Positions 24,751 through 38,399 of a DNA stretch of 64,000 nt are shown piece after piece. The position numbers and the translations under genes were made by a program. The first letter of the stretch is position 1; each line of letters opens with the position of its first letter. The DNA is from Raillietiella orientalis. Its lineage: Eukaryota. Under the pieces are notes generated by a model. That model made no database searches. It was not told the DNA's origin and saw only the letters and a program-made list of their open reading frames with translations. The DNA is taken from NCBI GenBank assembly GCA_036172245.1, contig JAYWIR010000008.1, forward strand, positions 2,976,001-3,040,000. The letters run 5' to 3'.

Positions 24751-26949
24751 GTGATAGACTCCTTTTAAAGGTCTACATTTATCTCCTTCTCCAGGTCTTT
24801 TCCTCTCCTTGCGAGGGGCAACCCTCAGCCTCTGGTTTGCTCCCTCCGAAGAGGAGGGGGAAAACCTGGAGCGTCGCTCTCTCTGCTTCGTGCGCTGACA
24901 TCGCTCATCTCGGAGCACCCTCCGGGATGTAGAAGGGATCGCCCGAATGCTTTACTAAGCGCCGGATGCCGCAGCCTGATCGGGGCAGCAAGAGTTTGAG
25001 CTACTGGTCCATCTCCAGCATCGCCCTGGGACACCCGAAAGAGCACAGCAAGCTTCATTCCCTTTCCCTGTAGCCATTCGTTCCCCCCGTTCCCGCTCAT
25101 GTCTGCAAAGAGGAGCCTCTCCTCTTCCGTTCTTTCCTGCCTACCTCTCCGACCCAGGAGCGCGCAGGCCTTTCCATGCCATCGGACTGGCGTGGGGCGT
25201 GGGCCCGGAACGTCGGTTGCCTCGGTTGCGGTACCCCATGCGCCAAACGGAGCTCGCATCTCATCTCTGGAAGGGACGGCACTTTCCCTACGAAGTTCAG
25301 TTTCATCTCCTTCCCATCCCGTTCCTCGTTTCTCCCGGGAGATCTTCGGCGCCCTCTCCTTTTCTTCCCAGCCACGGGAGGACCTCCGAGCTTTTCTCCT
25401 TCTAGCGGTTCCCCCGTGCTCTTCGAAATCTGTCAAAGCATCCCCGGAGGCTGTTCCTCGGTTACGAGAACCGAGAAGGGATCATCTTCCGACTCAGGTC
25501 CAGCGTGGAAGGCGATAGGTGGCGGCGCCTTTCGCTCCTCAGGTGATCTGGTCCCCATCGTCTCCGAACGCCTGCGAAAACCTCCTCTCCAGACCTCCTT
25601 CCACTCCTCCCTTCGCCCTCTCGCCCGCCCACCTTCACCTCAGATCATGACGCAATCACGAAACCCTGATTCAGCAGCAAGAGGAACCTCCGAGGAGAAA
25701 ACCGCTGATTTACCGTTGATTAATTGACTAGATTTTCTTGGATTGTCCCTGCTACAGTCCCGCCGTACACCTCTCCTGCCGAAAGATCGGTAGATGCAGT
25801 TTCCTTTCCCGGAAAGCCGGAGGCTCCGAGCGCTCGGAATCTTTTGATGAGCCGAGGAACAAAGGACAGAAATAAACGAATGAAACAGAAGATGTGCCCG
25901 CAACTGGTTTGGGGCATCGCGTGGGCGTATGGAGGGATGAGCGAAAACCCGGATGAATGTCAATGTCCCCCCCCCCCACTCCATTTTCTCCCCATCCTCC
26001 CAGGAGAAAGAAGATGCGGTCTTCTCGTCAAACGCCGCTTCGCTGCGTCGCATCTGCAATCCCAGATGGTGTGCACTACCAGCCGGCGCAAGATTCCACT
26101 GTCCTCTTCAGCCCCATATTCCTCATCGACGTCTTCATCCTCTTCCTCTTTCTCTTCCCTTCTCCTCTTGCTCCTTTTTCTTCTCCTCCTCTACCTCCTC
26201 ATATCCCTCCTCTTCATGTTTCACATTGTCTTCATCATACCCCAGCTGGTCAAGGATGGCCAAGGACTCCTGCAGAGGCGGTCTTCGAGCCCTCCAAACC
26301 GGCGGAGGGGAAACAAGAAAAAAAGAAAAAAAAAACCTTCCTGCCCCGCCAAGTCCCGCTCGTTTCGCTTTCAGTACCGTTGAGGATGGCGCCCGCGGGC
26401 AGAAAGGGGGACGCTGTCGAGGCGTTGCTCCCAGAGGCCGCCATCGCATCGCCGAGAGAAGGAGGGTTCGCGGGTCCGCTGCCGCGTGCTTGGATAGCGC
26501 GGCGTAACGGTTACCCCCCCCCCCCTCCTCCTCCTCTTCCTGCGCAGGCTGCGCCCGTCTCTGCCTCGGAGACCATATGGGGAAGCCGCCATGCAGGAAA
26601 TCGTCGGCCCCGCTTTGATTTCCCCCGACGCCGACTCCACGCTCGGCGGCGGTGGCGGCGGCGGCGGCGGCAGTCTCGTCGGGGCTTCCCCCTTTCCCAT
26701 CCCGTTCCCGGCTTTCGTTCCCCCCCGATTCGTCGCGTATCGTCCCCCGCGTGCTGCGCTCGAGGAGACGGATGGGGAGGAACAGCCGATACGGAGTCTC
26801 GGGGGAGGAGGGGGGAGGGCGAACCCCTGTTTCCCCCACCCCTTTCCGCCGTGCGAGCGAGCGCAGGCCGGCCCTCGTCTCCCTCTTCAGTCCCTCCTTA
26901 GACTCCCCGAGAGGTTATGGGGGAAGATCCCAGTGCACCCATCCTCTGG

Positions 26950-28500
26950 AGGAGGGTGGCTGCCAGCTCTTGACTAGTGATGCCTCCAGGAAACCAACAG
27001 TCCCCATCTGCGCGCCGGAGTAGCGCAACTTTTCCCTTTCTTCCCCCCGGTTCCAGGGTGGGAGTCCTCTTATTGGTCACTTCCTCCTTGACTCCCGAGC
27101 AACGGACAGAAGCTGCCTTTGCATTACTCTCGCGGTCACAGTGGCGAGTCCGAAATTGTGTCCCTGATCTCCGCCTCCCCGTCCGGAGGGAAGTAGGGAG
27201 GGAAGATGGCTACCGCGTCTCCCAGCCTTGCGCCGCCTCGCGTTTCCGGCTCTGCGGGAGCGCTCCGGCCTTCTTCGGAGAGGCGAGTGTGGTCCTTGGC
27301 AGAGCGACAGCAACGGAGCCTCGCGATCCGCCGTTGAGTTGGGGCGAGTCCCCTGCCAGCCCGAGGCTCGAGGGTCTCCAGAAGACCTTTGCTGCGCTGC
27401 CCCTAGCAGAACGCTGGTCCTGCCATCGCGTCCCTCCGCCTCAGGCAGAGGAATCGACCAGGCGAAGGGAGCGCGGGTCCTCTCCGCCAAAGGGCGCTTT
27501 CCCCCGGCGGGGAGCTGAGTAAGGGCAGTCAATGCACCGCGTCCCCGACTGCCTGAGGCGAACGAGGCCGAGACCACTGCCATCTTCCGCCCCCCCCCCC
27601 CCCTTCCTTCCCCCGAGCACGCGAACTCCGAATCCGGGAGACCGCCTGCCGCAGTTGGTTTAGTGGATTCGAGGGAAGGGAGGGAGAGAAGGGTTGTCTC
27701 GTGGCCGCAGATCAAACCCCCTCCTCCAGGCGATCCCACAGTCCCCGCCGACACCTAGAGCGCACGGAGGCTCGAGATGGGATGAAAGGGAGGACGGCGT
27801 GGCGGCGGTCGTCCCCGTGTTCGTTGGCCACTTTGGCATCCCGGGCAAACCAAGTTGGGAAGAGAGATCCAAAGGAACGCTTCCTCTTCCTCTGCCTCCT
27901 CCATACAGGGAGGTCGCGCTCCTGACACATGCGCCATTTTGGGAGAACGTCTCCAAGCGAAAGTGTCTCCAGAAGTTCCTGCAACGGTCGAGCAGCAGCA
28001 TCACTACGAGAGATCCAACTTTGCCCCCAGGAGTTCTTGACTCTTTCTCCTTCTTCTTCCTCATCTTCCTTCCTTCCTTCCTTCCTTCGGGAAAGGAAGA
28101 CGGTCCCTCCGCCGTCTCCAGGCTTTCTGTCTCTTTCGGGAGGAGATGGGAAGTTTCTCCTCCCGATACAGATATGGGAAGGCCGGATTCCTGTCTAGGA
28201 ACCGCGTTCCGGAGGAAGCTCGAACCGCACACTCGTCTCATGTTCGGGAAGCTCCCCAGAAACTCTCCGTGAGCGCTCTCGCAGCCCGGAGAGAGGTGAC
28301 CCTACGTCTCTTGGAAGAGCTCTCTTCGCTAACCGGAAGTCGCCAGCAACCTCTCCCTTGTCCCGAGTCCCTGGATCCGCCGGGAAAGAGGCTTCGTCTC
28401 CCACCTGGCTATCCGCCAGACTGCGGACAGGTAGCTTGCAAATCCCCTCCTGCATCCCATTCTTCTTGAATTTTCCCCCCCCCTTTCCCCTCTCCCTCCT
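26950..28500 (+). mobile_element. Highly decayed L1/Tx1-like RT relic
   Basis: LTPEQ (~27090), VGREDGYRVSQ (~27195, D.EKA.DRV.H position), FRLCGSAPAFF, GHFGIP (~27826), FWENV (~27937), LDPPGKRLRLP (~28372). Confidence 0.3.
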
Positions 28501-31500
28501 CCCTACGGAGCTCCCGGATGCTTTGAAGGCGCAAGCGCTCCTGTTTCTTGCTTCCTTTCCCTCTCGCGCTTCCTTGGAATCCGGGAGCCCTGGATAGTCT
28601 CCCCGCAAAGGCGCTGGCATCTTCCTCCGTCCCCATGATCCTGGGAATAGACATGGGTTCCCCATACCCAGGGACCTCTTCCGTCTGTCCCTCTGGATGG
28701 CCAGTAAAGCCCCTCCCCCCCAACGAGTTTCCCTTCACCTTGCAATCAGCGATAGGCCTCCACGGATGAGAAAGGGAGCGTCGCAGCCTCTTGACATCTT
28801 GGACCGTGTTTCCGGCCTGCAAGCTTCGGCAGCAGTGGAGAGGATCCACATGGTGGCACGAGTCCTCCAGGCTGCGCACTGATCCTGCAGCGTAAGGAAA
28901 TTTCTGTGGGAACGGTGAGAGGAGGAGCGGCTTTACGTCTGGTGACCCCCCGCGGAGAAGACACCCTCACGTCCTCGGATTCCCCTCGAAATCCTCGTCT
29001 CTGGAAACGAGGAACCCCGGGTTGGGGTGGTGGGGAGTGGACGTTTCTCTCTCCGGGAGCGGGGTTCGGGTCTTTCGGAGGAAGAGGCTCAGCCATCGTA
29101 CGGTGAGCTTTTGCCTCACGAGAAGCGAAAGTGGTCCAGAGATTTCTCCGAAGATTCGTCACGCGGCTCCACTCGGGGGCAAATCTTTGGAGGCCGCCTC
29201 TCCTTGAGGCAGTCCGGGCTGCCCTCCGCTTGCAGCATCCTCTCTCTCGCCCGCTGTTGCCTCCGACGATTCGAAAACTGGAAACGCAAGACCGGTGATC
29301 CATCATTCCAGGATCTCCACGACAACGTGCGGAGGAGGGGGGCAGCAGCGGGTATCAAAACACCTCCAAAGCGAGGAGAAGAAGCGCGCGCGCACGCCCC
29401 TCCCCTCCCCCTTCTACGGCTCCGATCACGTGTGGGCGAAGGACGTGCGCACGCGTGCACCCGAGGAGGCTGCGAACGGATCCGACCGAGGAGCGGAGGA
29501 GCAGGCCAGCCGGCGAACAGAAATCGACGGGAGGAGAAGTCCCGGAGCTTCGGCAGGGAGGAGAAAGCCGGCCGGACTCCACTCCCCTTCCCTCCCCTTT
29601 CCTTCCCTTCCTTGTTGCATGGAGGTTGCGCCCTCTATCTCTTCTTCTCTCCGGCTACCTACCCTTATCCTCCTTCTCCCTCATCCCGTTGTACCGTCAA
29701 AGGAAGAGAGTTCTGTCCCGGGAAAGAGTTGGTCTGTCCGTCCGCGGCGACTGCTGCCGCGATCGGTGGAGGCTGGGAGAGAGGAAAGATGCTTTCCTTT
29801 CAAGCAGTCTCTCCCTCCCTCCCTCCCTTCCTCCCCCCTAGCAAATTGGATCGCTCCGTCTTGTCACTGCCCAGCTTAATTGTGACCGATCTGCTTCGAC
29901 TGCATCTCTTCCTCCTTCTCCCCTCATCGCCTGACCGCCGACCGCCGAATCTTCCCGAAAACACGGAGTTCGTCGAGCGCGCTCCTCCGCGCAGGCCTCT
30001 CTCCCAGTCTCCCCGGCCTCCCGTCAAAGGCGCTGCGTGTTTACTTTCGAGCCGTCGCTCGGAGCGCACGCTCCCTCCTCCCCCTCGCGCGCGTCCGAGA
30101 AAACGGATGGTGATGGACCCTGGACCTAGCTCGAACCCGTGATCCGTCACACGCTCCGATGCCTCGAGGATTCCTGCTGTCCCCGCAACGTCTCCGCAGT
30201 TACCAGGGAAAGGAAGGGGGAAAGAAAAACGCTTCTTCTGACTCCCGCTTTGTTGTTGCCGTCGTTACTGCGAAATTTCCACTTTCACTTTCTTTCCTTT
30301 TCTGTTTTTTTCTTTTCTTTTTCTTTTTCTTTTTTTTGAAGACGAAGGGGAGCTGACTGGCGGAGGATTTCAAGGGAGCCACACCCACCCCTCCTTGATG
30401 TCTCCTCTTCTCCTTCTCTTCTCTTGCAAGAGAACAGAGACGCCTTCTCTTCATGAGGACATCCCATTCGCTGGTGCACCAGGAAGGAAGTGATAGAGCA
30501 AGGGAGGCTCAGACAGGGCTCCAGAGAGGAAGGGAAGCCGAGCCATTTCCAGGACGATCACGAGAGCCCGAAAGGAGACGGAAGTTTCTCAGAAAGCCTC
30601 AAATCTCGACCGGCAGCTTCACGGATAAGCGGTCCAGGACCCGGCACAATCCGCGGCGTGCAGCAGAAGGCCTCAAAAAGGGCAAAGGAGGACCCACGGC
30701 TGCTGACTCTCCCGCAGCACACATGGAGCGGAGTCTCCGACTGGGACCACGGCTGAGATTCGGGGTTGACTCGAATTGGGAAGGAGGGGGGAGGGAGGGT
30801 GTGACTCCTGGACTTTCAGCCTTCGAGTGGCAATCATTCCCTGGCATCCGCGGCGACGTCTTCCGCATCCGCAAACAGAGCAACAGAGGCATCTTGACTT
30901 CGCCTACATATCTTTCTCTCTCCCTGCTGATGAAACGCGCGAGCACGCATCATTGCATCCATCATTATTACCGCCGGTTTTGGCTGCGTTCCGACTGCAC
31001 CCGAGAGCAGATCCTGGCAATGATGCATGGGGATTCTTCGCGATCCATCGAACGGAGAGGAAGGTTTCTTGGCGAATGAAAGCAGCTCGGCCTTCAGCTT
31101 CGGGGAGAGATTCGTTCCCAGACTACGATCCTCCGCAGCAGCCCCGCTCCACCACCGCCACGTCCCATAATCTTTCCACACACTGTGGCGGCGGCCATTT
31201 TTGCCTCGAAAACAAGGGGGAGGGGTGGAGGATGGGGGAAGCATCCGTGGTCCAGTATCGTCCTAAGACTGCTCCACCTCGCGAAGGAAGAAGAAGGAAA
31301 GAAACATGAGTCTATTCGATCATCCAGGTGGCAGGGAGCGCGCGTCCCCGTTTCCGGACAGGTCGGGAGTCCTCAAAGAGTTCGTTGCCCCGACCAGGAG
31401 GAGAATGACCCCTCCTCTCTCGAGATAGGTCAGCCGACCGAGCGGGAGCTCTAGAGGGGCGGAGGAGAAGGCACCCACCGAAACGGACCGGATGCATGCC

Positions 31501-32099
31501 GGTCGCTCCTGGGTCCCCGGCTCGAGCGTGGACGCAAGGCCTCCTGTTGCCGATGGCTGGCCAGAAGGTGCGCGCGCACGCGAGTCGGACTGGAGCGCAT
31601 GCGCCCCTTGCCCAGAATCTCCTCCTCTCTTTCTTTTCCTTTTTTTTATTGATTTATGGGGTCCCTCGAATCGAGGCGCTGGGTAATTGCTTGGTGCGCC
31701 CGTATGCCTCCTGCGAGATGATTCGACGACCCCGACTCGCCTCCTCCAAAAACATGTTGCTGTTTTCCCTTTTCCCTTCCTCCTTTTGTTTTTTCCCTCC
31801 GGCTGGAGTTTCCGATGTGCCCACTGCGAGGAACGCGCGTCCGAAACCGTCCGGGAATTCTGGGAGCTGCCCAAGAGCCTTTCCAGCTTCCGCGCTGCCG
31901 TCGGGCGCTCGATGGGAAAGGGCAGGCATGGGATGAAGACGCACGCGGGATCGTGCGGCGGACGCGCTCACGTCCGCTCACGAGGTCGCCGCGCTTTTTT
32001 TCCCCCGGTCGCCGAGCGCGTCCGCGAGACGCGGACCTGCCGCGGGAGACAAGAGGAGCAGCCAGGAATCCCAAGGATCCTCTCTGCCTCCCAGACGAT

Positions 32100-35000
32100 T
32101 GTGGCTCCCGGAATCTGGAGAACGAGACTTGAAAACCGAAAGTCCGGAGATCCACACTGCTCTTTTGAGCGCTAATGGCTCTCGGGTTATGACCAATGAT
32201 CAGGGATTACATCCTACTGTCGAAGCAATGGTCTCGAGGCTTCCTGGCGAGCGGGAGATCTTCCCTTCGGAGGACGTCAATGGTCATTGAACCCCCAAGT
32301 TCGGATGCTTCGAGGAGGAAACAGGAGAAAGAGGAACCGCAGCTGGAAGAGGCGCTTCTGGGACTTCTCTTTCCCTTGGAAGCCACATATGCCGACTTGC
32401 GTAGGATCCGTGCCGACCCAGTGTTCAGCGTCCATGTCTTCTCTAGCTGCTCCAAGCGAGGGGCAAATCGACAAATCCGCAGCCTTGACCTGTCGGGGAC
32501 CCACCTGAAGTCCTCTGGTTCATTCGCAAGGTCTTCTTCCGCAGCTAAGGACTATGGCTGAGAGAATCCACCCGATAATTCCTATCTGAAGATGGGTGTG
32601 AAATTTAGGTAGAGTTACTCGTGACGGTCCGTAATTGCGAATCCCGTAACCCCACAGCCCATGGGGATCTCCAAGAATCAATCCTGTGCTGCGCAACAAT
32701 ACTACCACAGACCGAGGGAGACCGGCAGACTGGCAACACCAAGATGGTGGCAAGCAGCATCGAGTTTTTTCCGCCCTGCTCTTCAAGAGCTTCTGGACCT
32801 CTGACCGTAAAGCAAAGCTGAAAAAAGCCGAGAAAGGCTGAGGTGTGTGAGCTTGAGCAATTGCAAAAGAGGTACGGAAGACGTCGAACCGCAGGCCTGA
32901 ACACTTGGAGACGACCTCGTTAGGAGGCAGAATGGGGACCAAACGAAACCAAGGAATTTTCCAACAGCTTCCATCATCATCTTGCCCTACCTGGCTTCTC
33001 CGTTGGCGTACAAGAGCGGAACTTTCCTTGTCGAGGTGATGCTCCTGCTGTTCGAGATCGCACTGGATGCTGAGCCGAGATGGCTCGCTTGAACGTTTGG
33101 CGCTAGGGAGTGGGGACAGTTTCCTGGTGGTCTTTTCTGGCGAATCGACCCTGTGGGTCGTTGGGAGGATGTCCTCAGCGGCGCACTTAGCAGGCGTGTA
33201 AGGTGTGCTGGGATGACGCCATCACCTTGCTGGGCCTTGTCACATGGTCCCGGGAACCTCCACCTCTCTCAGGAAATCGTTGTGCTCTTGATTCCAGGAG
33301 ACGAACGAACTGACGACAATAGCTCCAACTGACCTGATTGCCGTCCGGGTTCCAGGCTGTGAAATTTGCCGAAGGAAACTCCACTCCAGAAACTGCATGT
33401 TTGCTCCTGCTGGCCGTGCAATCGGATCCATCAGCCTTGTTCTTGTAGTGTGTTTGGTTCGCCGGCTTGATGCTTCCTTCTCTGTTGGCGTCCCAGAATG
33501 CAAATCGTTCCATTCGCCTTCTCCGTGCTTACCAACTATCAGGGATGCTACGAAAACGTGCCACAGCACGCTTGCAGACTTTCCTCTAAAAACGAAGAGG
33601 TGTTTTGAACCCGTCTCTTCCTACATTCTGGAGAAACCAGAGAAAACTGTTGAGGAGAGCAGCTTCCAGGTAAGGGTGGGGATTCCCGTGCTCTTGCAGA
33701 GTCTGCGCGGCCTCTTCACTTGCTTCCATCCATGGAACCACGCTGTTTGTGCGTGCGCGCGCGCTGCATGAGTGTGTGTGTATGTGTATGTGTTTTGGTC
33801 TCTACAAGAACATGTTGGGCCTTTCACTTCCAACAACCAGATCAACAGTGACCTCCGAGGACTGCAAATTCGGAAAAAGAGGCAGACCGAAGCCAAAGAA
33901 AGGCGCGATCCGCAAAAAGAGAATGAACGGGGATCCGGAAGCAGGGAATTCGATGCGCCACCTCGTCAGCGTGATCTGCCGCCGTGCTCTAGGGAGCACC
34001 GCAATCTCTGCGGAGGAACAAAAAAATCCCTCCTGCCTGGAAAACAGAAAGTCGGCCGTAGCGGCGCCTCCATTAGAGGAGAGTTGACCATTGGACCTCT
34101 AGAAGATGGACTGCGTAACCTTGGATGTTGGTTTGCCCTGTTTTTCAGCAGAAAGTTGAGACTTACCTCGGATGCGTATTCTTCCATTCCCTTCTGCGCA
34201 GCTACAGAAGTAGGGATCGACGCCCACGCCCTTACCGATTCAAGAGGCGTCAGTCTTTGACGATCTGGAATCGCTTCCCCAGCTTCTCCGCTTACAGCTA
34301 ACAGATCAAGGAAACACCTCCATCCTATGCCAAATCCTCTCTCTCTCTCTTGCCATCCGCATACCAAGACATCCTGAGCCCTCAGTTTTGAACCTGGTTT
34401 CCCCGAGGCGTTCATTGTAATCAGTAAACATGCAAGATTAGTAGGAGCACAAGGCCCTACGATGTCTTTAACACTAAGGGGCGGATTCAGTGCAAACACC
34501 CTGCTGGACTTGAAGTCCTCTTGGGAAAGGAGAATAATTAATAAATAGATAGAAAAAGTAGAAAACAGTTGTTCCTGAGGTACGCCAAGAAGGGATGAAG
34601 AGACTTGGGAGAGTATAGCAGTTGGCCCCCTTGCGTGTTCCGAGTTCTCTGAATGAGGAAGAGAAGTTCCCCTCCTTTTGTTTCTCTGCACATGTGGCTA
34701 TCTCCTTGTCGTCGCCCTCCATAATTAGGGGATCACGAGATACCTTCAGTCGGGATGCTTCATTGCTTAGCTTTTTCTTCCTGCTTCTTCCTCCCATTCA
34801 TCTTAGGATGTTCTGGATGCTGCTTCCGAGCTCGTCAGTCCGGCTGACCAGGGTCAAGCATCGTAAGGACCAAATGTCGGTTCTTTCCTGGGCTTTCCAG
34901 TTCTGGACGCTACTTCCTCTGCAGAAGATGCGATGAGCCTCGTCTACCCCCCTTGCCCTAGTGCTGCCCTTCCTAGAGGACGCAAGGAACAGGGTAATCC

Positions 35001-35850
35001 CGGCAAGGTGGGAAGTGACTTGCTGCATAGAAGCAAAAACAAAACTTCTGGGGGAGTGGGCAACTCGTAAAGTGACGGAAGCTAGACCCTGCCCACGGAC
35101 TTGTACGCTGAGGAAAGCTGCTCAGCACCCCTCCGGAGGAGATGAAGTGGCTCCCAGCGTGCAGAACAGCGGCTCCTTTCCCTTCAAGTGGCAGGAGTCA
35201 GCGCTGCTGGTGTTGCATGGGGGCATTCCGTGCAAAGTGAGCCTTTACCACTGGACACAGGGGAGCGTGGGCGCTCAGTGCGCCAGTTGCGGAAAAGAGA
35301 CCCTCCTGCACCTGCTGTTGGACGGTGCTGCATTCCGACTTCTTTTGATCGCTTCGCGAAGATCCTAAAGATCCCGGCGGGAGTCTCTAGGGACATTTTC
35401 AGACGACTCTTCGTGTGCGGTGCCACACTGCCGCCAGCTTTTGCAGTGCTCTGTTGCCTCCTCCCGGAGGCCTGGAACGCCAGAAGGAGAGATCGAAATG
35501 GCAGCGACGCCATCCACTGGAAGAGGATCTTCCTCAGGACCGCCTCAGGATGGCCCCATCTGGGCGAGACATGGATGGAACTTGCCTGAATTCTGAACAG
35601 GATGCAGGGGACGCCTGGCAGCGTACCGTGGTCTCTTCTTCGGTCCTTTTCCTTCCTTTCTCCCTCCTTCTCCCCCCCCCCTTCCTCGTTTTGTTTGTTT
35701 ATTTTTTGTGTGTTTTGTTTTCCTTTCCTCCACACTGCCAAAGCGGACCTCGCCGGTCTGCTCAACGGTCTATGGCAGGTTCATTGCGCGTGGCAGAACC
35801 AACGGTTCTACCACACCAATGTATTTTTATTGCTTTAAGTAATAAATGCC
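32100..35850 (+). mobile_element. Decayed near-full-length L1/Tx1-clade ORF2 with 3' UTR
   Basis: Best relic. GNLHLSQEIVVLLIP (33252), IAV..GCEI (33355-33366, DYKI position), FAPAGRAIGSISLV, KSFHSPS (33502, KAFDSV), FQVRVGIP..LF, GPLEDGLRNL (~34093), zf-RVT VLHGGIPC...CASCGKETLLHLL (35210-35317), AWNARR (35470). Then a T-rich tail and AATAAA at 35841. Frameshifts and stops throughout; the 5' boundary is approximate. Confidence 0.75.
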
Positions 35851-38399
35851 CTGTCATAACAGGGTGATGATCCTCTGCTTTTCCTCTGCACCCCTTATCT
35901 CAAGGGATTGGTTTCCATCCTTGTGCCTCAGCGTTCTTCTCTTGTCTGGAAGATCTCAAGGTGCACCACCATGCTGCATGAGGAGGAATTTCGAATCCAT
36001 GTTTCCGAATTTCGGGACCCGGGATGCGCCAAGCGGCAATCTGAGGTTTCGGCCAAGACGCTCTGGCTCTGTAAGAAACAGGATGAAAACGCCGATCCGT
36101 CAACAACCTGGAATATTCGACCCTAGGAGAAACGAGGAAGCGGCCGTTCCGGACATCCAGGCGGGAACGACCAGGAACCAGGAGAAATCGCTTGCCTCCA
36201 ATGGTGCCGAGGTGCGGCAGCGGGCGCGCAAGCGCACTTCCTGCGAGCGCAACAAGGCGACCCATCGTGGGCAAATCTACGCGCGGTTCATCAAAGAGAT
36301 GACGCCTCAGCGGAGGAGGCAGTTTGCGTTCCCTTGGACGGATTTTCGTTTTGGCGGCAGGGAGCCGCTGGAACAATGGGCTGGACCTTTCCAGTCGGTG
36401 AGCTTTCACATGCTTTGCGAAGGGGGATGCCAACCGCGCCAAAGGACCGCAGCTAGGGTCTCCGTGCTGGGTGGTTCTCCCCCCACCTCCTCTTTCTCTC
36501 TTTAGTGAGCGCGCGTTCGGGGAAGGACCTCGTGGCTCGGGCCTCTGATTTCGCAAGAAAAAGCAACAAATCGACTGTGGGCAGCTCCCCTCCATTCCCT
36601 TGCACTCACCGAACGGAAGGAGGAATTTTCAACCAGAAAAGTCTTCGGTGGCGGGCTCGGTACCCTCGCCCACGAACCGAGAGGAGTAGCGGCGCCTGCT
36701 CCGAGGAAGAAGAAACCCCAATCGGCGCGAGCCAAGCCCCTGGGCGCAGAAGCAGGCTCCCTGTTTTGGTTCAGAGAATGCGCGCGCGCGCGCTCGCCTC
36801 CTGCGCTCTTTCTCGATCCCGTCCCGCATCCCGTCGACGTAACGTCAGGAACCGGAGCGTGTGTGTCAATGGAAGGTTCCGACCTCTCTCCATGTGACCA
36901 CGGTCTTACTGGAGCGAGTCAAAAAGCTGAAAAGCTCCCGTGCACGAAAAGAGTACAGGCAGGCACGCACACGCACACAAAACACACACACACGTTCATG
37001 CACAAAGACTAAGAAGAAGAGGAAGAAAAAGGAAAGAAAGAAAGAACCGAAATGGTGGCTGATGGTCGCGGTGAAATATTCTCTTGCGTGATTGGAGTCG
37101 GAGAGGCAGCAGCACGCGGCTCTTTGTGATGCATATTCGCTCCCTTGTTTGTGTTGCAACTGCTGGCATAATTTTCCCATCGACGGTCGAGAATACGATC
37201 GGTCGGGACACTCGGGTGAGGGACGCCAGCTTCCTGCTGAGGCGCTGACAAGAAGTACGCGGTTTCGGAGCAGGCAGAGAGGATGCCGTTGTCTCTACGC
37301 GGACCGAAGCGGCGGCGGTAGCGCCAGCGATGCAATTCCGGGGTATGTTGCATCTCCCTCCTCCTCCCTTCTTCCCTGCCTCCGCTTTCCCTGTTTTCAG
37401 CTTTTGTCGCACCCGATCCCAGGGTCGGAGGCGCGCGGCAGTCGAGGCAGAGAATACCTCCGACTTTCCCCCTGGCTTCAGCTGAAGGCAGCGTCAGGAA
37501 GGGTCACCAGTCCCATGCTCGTGTCTCGCTCGTGCGAAAACACTGCGCGCGCAGGGAGGGGAGTGGGAAATGGGGCGCGCGTTTGGAAACGGTAAATCGT
37601 GCAACCAGAAACCGAAACGACCCGCCACGGGGGGAAGGCCGAGAGACCCTTCTCGCTCCTGTAGGAGAGTGGAGCTCCATTCCGCGGGGAGGCACATCGA
37701 GGTCTCAAGGCTCGAGAACGCACGTTCCCCTCCCAGTCTCTTTCTCTTCCATTCTAAACTGTCCCCACAGGATCTGTTAGATCTCAGCATTCTTTTACGC
37801 TCTTCTCGCCTGTCGTCAAGGAGGACGAACTCGGGAAGAGATCGACATCTCCTCCGGCCTGCCTCTCTCCTTCCTTCTCCCCCCCCCCCCTCCCGGTGTG
37901 TCTTGCATCCTCCATGCTGCTGTTCCCAGGCCTTAATTGCGGCCACATGAGATGCCACTCCTCCCCATCCCTGAATGATGGGTCCTAATTGCCGCAACAG
38001 GGAGGAACACGTTCGACGTGGTTCGTGCCGAAAAGGAGCAGCTGCAGCTACCGGAACGACCTCATCTGATTTTCCGATCTGGGGAGAGGGATGCGGGGAA
38101 AGGAGGGGGAGGAGCAGGGGATCAAAAGGGAGCGGAAACAGCACCCGTCGTGATCGCACCGACAGGAACCGGGGAGCTCACCCTCCCGCGCTCCAGACGG
38201 AAGCGCGTGCGCAGGCAAAGGGCCTTACGCGAGCAAGCTGCAGCCCTCCCTCCTCCGGCCCTCCGCGGAAGGACACGACACTCCTTGGCCACCCTCCGGA
38301 AGGTGCAGCAGCAAATAGGTGTCCTCGCTCCCTTCTCCCGCGTTAGGCGCAGACGACGCAATGGGACTTGCGGGACGGCGCCCTTGCGAGCGGCTCTGT

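Noticed and set aside
30450..37900. Further possible LINE fragments at ~30450-31450 and ~35900-37900 (for example GAEVRQRAR at ~36203)
   Set aside because: Only one or two weak motifs each, too little to annotate without a profile search.
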